A stretch of DNA of 32,000 nucleotides from an archaeon (GTDB taxonomy: Archaea > Iainarchaeota > Iainarchaeia > Iainarchaeales > CSSED10-239). The stretch covers positions 150,001-182,000 of the forward strand of contig DAOMZT010000001.1 in the NCBI GenBank assembly GCA_035400625.1, read 5' to 3'. Below the pieces are notes generated by a model, which had not been told where the DNA came from, ran no database searches, and saw only the letters and a program-made list of their open reading frames with translations. Of the stretch, positions 24,272 through 30,880 are shown in pieces (the first letter of the stretch is position 1; each line of letters starts with the position of its first letter). Both the position numbers and the translations under genes were made by a program.

Positions 24272-25627
24272 GTGATTATCTTGAAAAACCTAAATACCTT
24301 TTTTGAACCAAAATCTGTATGCCTTATTGGCGCCTCTGATAAAAGTGGGAGTGTAGGCAACACCATTGCCAAGAACCTCTCAAACTTTAAGGGCAAGGTG
24401 TATTTTACAAATCCTAGGCTTTCTGGAAAAAAGCTATTTGGCAAAAAGGTCTTTTCAAGCATTACTGGGCTTTCCGAAAAGATCGATCTTTCTATTGTTG
24501 CAACACCTGCAGCAATAACTTATGAGGTTGTAAAAGAGATAGCCAAAGCAAAATGTAAAAATATACTAATGGTAACTTCTGGGTTTTCAGAAATCGGCAG
24601 AACCGACCTAACAGAAAAAATAAAAACATTAATATTAAAAGAAAAAATAAATCTTATCGGGCCAAACTGTCTTGGCATTCTTAATCTTTCTAATAATCTT
24701 GATGCAACCTTTAACTCTAGAGAAAATTATGATTTGCCAATGTGTGGCAAGGTCTCAATCATCACTCAATCAGGAGCATTAGGCATAGCTCTTCTAGATG
24801 TTTCTAGCAAGCAAAGATTAGAGATTAACAAGTTTGTGTCTTATGGCAATGCCCTAGATGTTGATGAAACAGATCTTTTAGAGTATTTTGAAAAAGATAC
24901 AAAAACAGACATTATTCTTTGCTATATTGAAGGAGTAAAGAATGGAAATAAATTTTATAAGACCTTAAAAAAAGTTACTAAGAAAAAAAAAGTAATTGTC
25001 TTAAAAGGCGGAATATCAGAAAAAGGAACTACTGCTGTAAAAAGCCACACTGCAGCAATTGCCGGCTCTACAAAGGTCTTTTCTACTGCTCTAAGACAAG
25101 CAGGAGCAATAGAAGTAAAAACCATAAAAGAAATGTTTGATCTTTCTAGGTTCTTTTCTTGGTATAAAGTAGATAACATAAAAGATTCACAAATCATAAC
25201 AAACGGTGGGGGCTTTGGGGTTCTTACAACTGACCAGCTTGAAATTAATAAACTAAAGCTTTCAGAAGTAACAAAAGAAACAGCAGAAAAAATAAAAAAA
25301 ATAATGCCAGGGTATGCAACTATCGGAAATCCAATAGACCTAACAGGAGATGCAGGAGATGATAGGTTTGTACAAGTAATTGATTTGTGCCTAAAAGACA
25401 AAAACACAAACTCCATAATCGTTTTAATGTTACTTCAGATGCCAAGCATCTCAAGCACGATACCAGAAAAAATAGCTAAGCTAAAAGCAAACACAAAAAA
25501 ACCAATAATGGTTGTAACAATTGGTGGAAACAAAACAGAAGAAAAGATAAAAGAGTTTGAGAAAAGAAAGGTGCTTTGCTTTAGAGACCCTTCCGAGATT
25601 ACTAGTGTTCTTAAATATCTAAAATAA
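24272..25627 (+). CDS. acdA: ADP-forming acetyl-CoA synthetase (acetate--CoA ligase), alpha subunit type
   Basis: 451 aa with a GTG start and the CoA-binding N-terminus FFEPKSVCLIGASDKSGSVGNTIAKNL. It also has ITQSGALGIALLD and the phosphohistidine region AVKSHTAAIAGS. No beta (ATP-grasp) subunit gene is adjacent. Confidence 0.85.
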   Translation: MIILKNLNTFFEPKSVCLIGASDKSGSVGNTIAKNLSNFKGKVYFTNPRLSGKKLFGKKVFSSITGLSEKIDLSIVATPAAITYEVVKEIAKAKCKNILMVTSGFSEIGRTDLTEKIKTLILKEKINLIGPNCLGILNLSNNLDATFNSRENYDLPMCGKVSIITQSGALGIALLDVSSKQRLEINKFVSYGNALDVDETDLLEYFEKDTKTDIILCYIEGVKNGNKFYKTLKKVTKKKKVIVLKGGISEKGTTAVKSHTAAIAGSTKVFSTALRQAGAIEVKTIKEMFDLSRFFSWYKVDNIKDSQIITNGGGFGVLTTDQLEINKLKLSEVTKETAEKIKKIMPGYATIGNPIDLTGDAGDDRFVQVIDLCLKDKNTNSIIVLMLLQMPSISSTIPEKIAKLKANTKKPIMVVTIGGNKTEEKIKEFEKRKVLCFRDPSEITSVLKYLK

Positions 25628-25630
25628 ATT

Positions 25631-25885
25631 TTATCCTTTTTTTACTTTTCTTTTAGGTTTTGGTTTTTCTGCTTTGTCTTTGTGTTTTAGTATTTTATTA
25701 ATATTAAGTAATAATTCTTTTTCATTTAGGCCATACATTGAGCAAATATAACCAATCTCCAGATTGTCCATTTCTACTTTTGCTAATGGACAAGTAACAC
25801 AAGGCACACGATGGTTAGTCAAGATTTTCTTCATGCCTTTTAGTTTTATTATTTTGCCTAGTTTTGTGTGTCTATCTACTTTCAT
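25631..25885 (-). CDS. DUF1858-like small redox-disulfide domain protein with a Lys-rich tail
   Basis: 84 aa. HTKLGKIIKLKGMKKILTNHRVPCVTCPLAKVEMDNLEIGYICSMYGLNEKELLLNIN fits the DUF1858 pattern (CxxC followed by a helical segment). It is the last gene of the isc operon. Confidence 0.68.
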   Translation of the reverse strand: MKVDRHTKLGKIIKLKGMKKILTNHRVPCVTCPLAKVEMDNLEIGYICSMYGLNEKELLLNINKILKHKDKAEKPKPKRKVKKG

Positions 25886-25899
25886 ATCTACCCCCTCTT

Positions 25900-26358
25900 T
25901 TATTTATGATTACAAGCCTTCTTTGCACAACAATGTGTGCACGCAATTGTTTTTATTGTTTTTGTTTCTTTTCCGTTCTTTGAATAATAGTCGTTGATTG
26001 CTGCTTTTAGTGCATCTGCAGCCAGATTAGAACAATGCATCTTTATTGGTGGAAGGCCATCAAGGCTACTAGCAACATCTGCTCTTGTAATATTAAAAGC
26101 CACATCAAGAGCCTTTCCTTTTGCAAGTTCTGTTATCATGGAAGATGTTGCAATTGCTGCTGCACAGCCAAGTGTCTTAAACTTAATATCTTTGATTATT
26201 TCTTTTCCGTTCTTGTCTTTGGAGACCTTGATGTAAATATACATAACGTCACCACAGTTTAAATTTCCTACCTTTCCAATGCCATCAGCATTCTTGATTT
26301 CTCCCATGTTCTTTGGGTTTAGGAAATTTTCCATAACTTTTTTAGAATAGTTTTCCAT
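25900..26358 (-). CDS. iscU: Fe-S cluster assembly scaffold IscU/NifU-like, with an extra Cys-rich C-terminal tail
   Basis: 152 aa with NPKNMGEIKNADGIGKVGNLNCGDVMYIYIKV, FKTLGCAAAIATSS and PPIKMHCSNLAADAL, which carry the three conserved Cys. The tail is IACTHCCAKKACNHK. Confidence 0.93.
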   Translation of the reverse strand: MENYSKKVMENFLNPKNMGEIKNADGIGKVGNLNCGDVMYIYIKVSKDKNGKEIIKDIKFKTLGCAAAIATSSMITELAKGKALDVAFNITRADVASSLDGLPPIKMHCSNLAADALKAAINDYYSKNGKETKTIKTIACTHCCAKKACNHK

Positions 26359-26360
26359 AT

Positions 26361-27521
26361 TTATTTCACCTTATATCTATATGGATTCATGTTCCTTAAT
26401 TTTGCTATGACCTCTTTAACAGAATCAATAGTATATTTGATATCTTCTTTTGTATTGTCAATCCCAATAGAGAACCTAATGGTTCCGTGTGTCTGCTCTT
26501 GCTTTAGGCCGATTGCCTTTAAGACATGGCTTGACTCTAGAGTGTTTGATGAACATGCTGAACCTGTTGAAACAGATATCCCAAGAGCATCAAGATAAAG
26601 AAGAATTGCTTCGCCCTCAGCATACATAAAGGAGAAATTTGCATTGTTGCAAAGCCTTTTGCCTGAATCAATTTTTGGCCCATTTAGCCAAGAATCTGAA
26701 ACATCTTTCAAGCCATTAACAAGCATGTTCCTTAAGGTTGTCATGTTTGAAATGTCTTTTTCAGAAATCACTTCTGTTGCTTTAGAAAAGCCAACAATTC
26801 CTGGCACATTAACTGTTCCACTTCTTAGCTTATACTCATGCCCACCGCCATGAAGAAGAGACTCAAGCTTAATTCCTTCTTTTATAAACAATCCGCCTAC
26901 TCCTTTTGGGCCGTAGATCTTATGGGCATTGATTGTTAAAATATCAATATTTTCTTTTTCAATATCTATTGGGTGCTTAGTAAAGCTTTGGCAAGCATCT
27001 ACATGTAAAAGAGTTCCATTATCATGAACTATCTTAGATATTTCTTTAATATTTTGAATAGTTCCTATTTCGTTATTTCCTTGTATTACTGAAACTAAAA
27101 GAGTGTCTTTTTTTAAGGCATTAACAAGCGCATCTGTTTTTACAAAACCATATTTATCAACATCAAGATATGTAACAGCATATCCGTTTTTTTCTAAAAA
27201 TTTAGCAGTATTAAGAATAGAATCGTGTTCTATCTTTGTTGTGATGATGTGCTTTTTGTTTTTATCTGCTTGGCAAAGACCTTTAAGTGCAAAATTATTA
27301 CTTTCTGTTCCGCCAGAAGTAAAGATTAGCTTGTGGTTTTTGTTATTTACTTTTTTTGAGATTTTTTCTCTTGCAATATCTAGTTCATCTTTTGCAACTC
27401 TTCCAATCTTATGAAGGCTAGAGGAATTACCAAAGTATTTTTCTTCAGCAATTGACATCTCTTTCTTTACAGAAGAGTGCATTTTTGTGGTTGCAGCATT
27501 ATCAAGATAAATTGATTTCAT
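26361..27521 (-). CDS. iscS: Cysteine desulfurase IscS/NifS (PLP-dependent)
   Basis: 386 aa with IYLDNAATT, TSGGTESNN, the PLP-Lys region INAHKIYGPKG and the active-site loop SVSTGSACSS. Confidence 0.95.
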   Translation of the reverse strand: MKSIYLDNAATTKMHSSVKKEMSIAEEKYFGNSSSLHKIGRVAKDELDIAREKISKKVNNKNHKLIFTSGGTESNNFALKGLCQADKNKKHIITTKIEHDSILNTAKFLEKNGYAVTYLDVDKYGFVKTDALVNALKKDTLLVSVIQGNNEIGTIQNIKEISKIVHDNGTLLHVDACQSFTKHPIDIEKENIDILTINAHKIYGPKGVGGLFIKEGIKLESLLHGGGHEYKLRSGTVNVPGIVGFSKATEVISEKDISNMTTLRNMLVNGLKDVSDSWLNGPKIDSGKRLCNNANFSFMYAEGEAILLYLDALGISVSTGSACSSNTLESSHVLKAIGLKQEQTHGTIRFSIGIDNTKEDIKYTIDSVKEVIAKLRNMNPYRYKVK

Positions 27522-27826
27522 TTCTTTGCCTCTTTTTTACAACATTTTGTTTTACAATAGTCCTTAGCGTGTATATTTACAATTTTTATAAGTGGCCTTA
27601 TTGTTTTTCTATTTAAGGAATAGATAATATTTTTGCCTTGCCTTTTAGAAAACACAAAGTTACAATCAAGAAGTGCCCGTAAGCTGTGGCTAACCTTTGA
27701 TTGCTCTTCTTCAAGAGCTTGGCATATTTGAGAAACAGTCATTTCTTTTTTGTAAAGGGATTTAACAATTTTCCAGCGCAGTTCGTTGCTAAGAACAGAA
27801 AAGAAGTTATATGATTTGCATTTCAT
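27518..27826 (-). CDS. ArsR/SmtB-family winged-helix transcriptional regulator heading the isc operon
   Basis: 102 aa. FFSVLSNELRWKIVKSLYKKEMTVSQICQALEEEQSKVSHSLRALLDCNFVFSKRQGKNIIYSLN is a typical ArsR HTH. The C-terminal tail is HAKDYCKTKCCKK. It has an ATGA overlap with iscS. Confidence 0.85.
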   Translation of the reverse strand: MKCKSYNFFSVLSNELRWKIVKSLYKKEMTVSQICQALEEEQSKVSHSLRALLDCNFVFSKRQGKNIIYSLNRKTIRPLIKIVNIHAKDYCKTKCCKKEAKK

Positions 27827-27898
27827 ATATAATTTATATCAAAAGTAGTATATATATGTTTTCTTTTATTTTAAAACAATAGTCGAAATATAACAAAA

Positions 27899-28459
27899 TT
27901 AGAAAGTAATATCATCAACTTCTGTTTCTTCTTCTTTCTTGTAGTCTTTTGTTTCTTTTGCAGCCTTTAGCATCCTAAAGACTGTTGAGTGCTTACACCC
28001 GCCAATTATTGCTTCTATTATTTCCTGAACCTTGACCATATCGTCTGCCTTAGCAATAATAGAAACTGTTTTTCCAAAGATGCTTAAGTGACAAGCAAAC
28101 CTTCTCTCAATTAGGCTTTTAATCGAGCCATCTCTACCAATAATCCTGCCTTTTATTTGTGCTAGACGGCTTTCGTTTTTTCCAATTACTTCTGGTATAG
28201 AGATGACTTCTAAAGTATAATCATCTTTTAAAATAAAAAAAGCATGTTCTGGAGAAAAACCTCTAGAGATTGCATTTATTATTTTTTTCGCATTATAAAC
28301 GTCATAATAATTATTGCCACCAACAATTGTGATATCTCCTGTGTGGCTATCGATATCTAGGCTTGTGTGAGTGGCCTTCTCTATCTCTCTTTTTGTTTGG
28401 CCATTAGGCCCTATTATTACAGGTATCCTTTGTTGCGTAACTTTAATTATTTCTTCCAT
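27899..28459 (-). CDS. Tandem KH-domain RNA-binding protein (archaeal Dim2/Pno1-like)
   Basis: 186 aa with two KH-like GxxG regions (IIGPNGQTKREIE and IIGRDGSIKSLIE). It follows Rio1 and aIF1A, a gene neighbourhood widely conserved in archaea. Confidence 0.85.
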   Translation of the reverse strand: MEEIIKVTQQRIPVIIGPNGQTKREIEKATHTSLDIDSHTGDITIVGGNNYYDVYNAKKIINAISRGFSPEHAFFILKDDYTLEVISIPEVIGKNESRLAQIKGRIIGRDGSIKSLIERRFACHLSIFGKTVSIIAKADDMVKVQEIIEAIIGGCKHSTVFRMLKAAKETKDYKKEEETEVDDITF

Positions 28460-29177
28460 ATATTTCTTGCTTCTTATTTTTTAAATCCTCTAAAAATTTT
28501 TCAGGAGAAAGTGCCTTGTCTGGAAATTTCTTTTGTAAAAAAGAAGTTATATTTAGAATATCTCTTTTTAGAAAATCTTTTGCTTTAGGATGATTTTGTA
28601 GAACTGCTTGCCCTACATCAATAATTGTTATTTTCTGGGTCTCTGGATCTATCAAGATATTAAATGCAGAAAAATCAGAATGCACTAGCTTAGCACCATA
28701 TAGCATCTTTGCGTAGTTATCAATAATCTGAGGATAAACAATATCATAATCAAACTCTGACCTTACTAGTTGAGGATGAGGGATATCATCTTTGCCAATA
28801 AAAGACATAATCAGGATGTTTTTTTCTCTTGCTATTGGAACAGGACAACAAACATCATTATTCAATGCTAGAGTTAGATTTTTATATTCCTTACTTGCCC
28901 ACACAAGGATAATGTCTCTTTTGTCTTTTTTAAGATTTTTAAAACGATAATCTCCTTTTATGTATTTTTCCATGTTCTTAAATTTGCTTGTTTCAACTTT
29001 ATAGATCTTTGCAACAAGAGGGGCATCTCCAAGATGTCCTAAGAAAGTTATTGCTTCTTTGCCTGAGGCTATTGGAGACTCTATAGAATCTATAATGTTA
29101 TTACTTGATAATTTAAATAAAGCCTCATGTGTCTGCTTATCAAAAACATAACTTTCTATTTTTTTTGTATCAATCAT
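28443..29177 (-). CDS. rio1: RIO-type serine/threonine protein kinase (Rio1)
   Basis: 244 aa with the nucleotide-binding loop IASGKEAITF, the catalytic LVHSDFSAFNILI and the metal-binding IIDVGQAV. Confidence 0.92.
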   Translation of the reverse strand: MIDTKKIESYVFDKQTHEALFKLSSNNIIDSIESPIASGKEAITFLGHLGDAPLVAKIYKVETSKFKNMEKYIKGDYRFKNLKKDKRDIILVWASKEYKNLTLALNNDVCCPVPIAREKNILIMSFIGKDDIPHPQLVRSEFDYDIVYPQIIDNYAKMLYGAKLVHSDFSAFNILIDPETQKITIIDVGQAVLQNHPKAKDFLKRDILNITSFLQKKFPDKALSPEKFLEDLKNKKQEIYGRNN

Positions 29178-29204
29178 ATTGAATCTAAATTAAAAAAAGA
29201 AAAA

Positions 29205-29708
29205 CTAATCGTAATCTTCATCTTCATCATCAATGTTTTCTTCATCATCAAAGGTTTCTTCGTCTTCTGGTTCTTCCTGTTCTTCTAGTGGCTTTTGGTG
29301 TGTTGGCGTTTCTTGATAATTAGTTACTTCATCGTGAGTGTATTCATAAAGCTTTGTTAGCTCTCCTCTTTTTTCAAGAGCATTTTTTTGAAAGCCTTGA
29401 TATCTCCAAATAACATCTGCCTTGGTTGGCTGGAAATCCCAAAGCCTAATGATAACAATATCATTTGCTTTTAGCCAAACATGCTTAAATAATTTGCCAG
29501 GAATCCTACATATCCTGTCCTTGCCATCTTCGCAAGCAATCTTAACTTGATTAGAACCCATTAGTTGTATGACTTTACCATACATCTCTAGTTCTTTTCT
29601 AAAAGGTGTTCTAATCTTCTTTAAAGCATTAGGATCTTGCTCTGCTGTTCTTTGTTGTTTATTAAAATATGCAGGCTTGTGCCCGCCTGTTGGTTTATTA
29701 ACTGCCAT
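29205..29708 (-). CDS. eif1a: Translation initiation factor aIF-1A with extended basic N-terminal and acidic C-terminal tails
   Basis: 167 aa with the OB-fold core YGKVIQLMGSNQVKIACEDGKDRICRIPGKLFKHVWLKANDIVIIRLWDFQPTKADVIWRY. The C-terminus is EEQEEPEDEETFDDEENIDDEDEDYD. Confidence 0.9.
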   Translation of the reverse strand: MAVNKPTGGHKPAYFNKQQRTAEQDPNALKKIRTPFRKELEMYGKVIQLMGSNQVKIACEDGKDRICRIPGKLFKHVWLKANDIVIIRLWDFQPTKADVIWRYQGFQKNALEKRGELTKLYEYTHDEVTNYQETPTHQKPLEEQEEPEDEETFDDEENIDDEDEDYD

Positions 29709-29712
29709 TTCT

Positions 29713-30063
29713 TTACTCCTTTTTATTTCTTTTAATATAATTTTTGTATTCTTTTATCCATTTATCACAATAATCTAGAAGATCAGTTTTTGCTTCTCTA
29801 GATATACCATAATTTCCGGCCGCGATTTGTGTTTGGTGTTTTTCTAATATTTTTATTCCTTTTTCTATATTTTTAATATCTGGTTTTCTTGTAACTGTGT
29901 TTTCTTTAAAGGCTTCAAGAATAGAACCCCAAATCTTGCCTTTGTATGCTGTATATTCAGGGGTCACATAAAATTTTGGCCTCTCTGCCATTAACCTATT
30001 TGGCTTCTTTTCTACCAATTGCTTTGGCTTTGGTCTAATTCTTATTGCTTGCCTCTTTATCAT
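29713..30063 (-). CDS. Hypothetical small basic protein inside the aIF2beta-aIF1A cluster
   Basis: 116 aa. It lies 4 nt upstream of aIF1A and 13 nt downstream of the DUF424 gene on the same strand. The N-terminal IRIRPKPK motif is shared with ORF 13389..13790. I recognise no family. Confidence 0.55.
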   Translation of the reverse strand: MIKRQAIRIRPKPKQLVEKKPNRLMAERPKFYVTPEYTAYKGKIWGSILEAFKENTVTRKPDIKNIEKGIKILEKHQTQIAAGNYGISREAKTDLLDYCDKWIKEYKNYIKRNKKE

Positions 30064-30076
30064 AAATTCTCTTTTT

Positions 30077-30367
30077 CTATATCTTGTAAATTTGCGTGTG
30101 TGCGATCTTGTCTATGTGAATTATTTGACCTTTGGTGATTATCTTTTTCTTTAATAAGATATCACAAGCACGGTTTCCAAAAACATTTGCACAATCGCAA
30201 TTGTTGATTTGCTCTAGGAAGCCTTTTTCAGTGATTTTTTCTGAACCATAAAATGATTTAGAAAGATGTATTTCTATTTCTCCGTGTTTAAGTGTTTTGT
30301 CCATTAACTCCTTATCGCAACAAGCAAATATTATTTTGCCATTCTGATTATGCACCTTTCCTATCAT
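30077..30367 (-). CDS. DUF424 (COG2412) family protein
   Basis: 96 aa. The pattern KVH...IIFACCDKELMDKTL..GEIEIHLSKSFYGSEKITEKGFLEQINNCDCANVFGNRACDILLKKKII matches the DUF424 consensus (CDxELxGK...FYGGE...NxVG). It sits downstream of aIF2beta, as in many archaea. Confidence 0.85.
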   Translation of the reverse strand: MIGKVHNQNGKIIFACCDKELMDKTLKHGEIEIHLSKSFYGSEKITEKGFLEQINNCDCANVFGNRACDILLKKKIITKGQIIHIDKIAHTQIYKI

Positions 30368-30381
30368 TGTTTAACTCCAAT

Positions 30382-30837
30382 CTATAGTTTTGGCAATGGA
30401 CTAACTGCACCACACGCAGTACATCTTAAAACCTTTATGTTGTTTTTGGTTACGATCTCTGTGTCTGGTTTTTTACATGCAGAACACAAGACATAGATAT
30501 TTATGAACTTATCAAGTATTTGGTTTATCTTATTATAATCAAAAGTGCCATTTAAAACTAAAGAGGTATTATTAACAATAGTTGAAGAGGTGCTAATCTC
30601 TTTCATAACAAATTTGTAAAGAAGGTTAGTGTCTCTATTTAGGTCTTTAGAAACCTTAACAAAATTCTTCCATATTGTCTGCTTACCCTGAATGATTGAT
30701 TGAGCTGTTGGAATTTCAAATCTTTTATGCTCTTTGGCTTTTGAAGGTAGAGACATATATAGCCTATCAAGTAATTTGTTGTAATTTAAATCAATATCAG
30801 TTGTTGTTTTTTCAATGTCTTTTTTTGTCTTTGCCAT
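30382..30837 (-). CDS. eif2b: Translation initiation factor aIF-2 subunit beta
   Basis: 151 aa with YNKLLDRLY, RFEIPTAQSIIQGKQTIWKNF and the C-terminal zinc ribbon VLCSACKKPDTEIVTKNNIKVLRCTACG. Confidence 0.93.
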   Translation of the reverse strand: MAKTKKDIEKTTTDIDLNYNKLLDRLYMSLPSKAKEHKRFEIPTAQSIIQGKQTIWKNFVKVSKDLNRDTNLLYKFVMKEISTSSTIVNNTSLVLNGTFDYNKINQILDKFINIYVLCSACKKPDTEIVTKNNIKVLRCTACGAVSPLPKL

Positions 30838-30880
30838 ATATATAATATTGCATAAATGCTTTTATAAAGCTATTTTTGAG

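Noticed and set aside
24955-25416. 153-aa ORF on the - strand within acdA
   Set aside because: It is antisense to the well-supported ACD alpha gene. It has no motif and its composition is typical of a shadow ORF.
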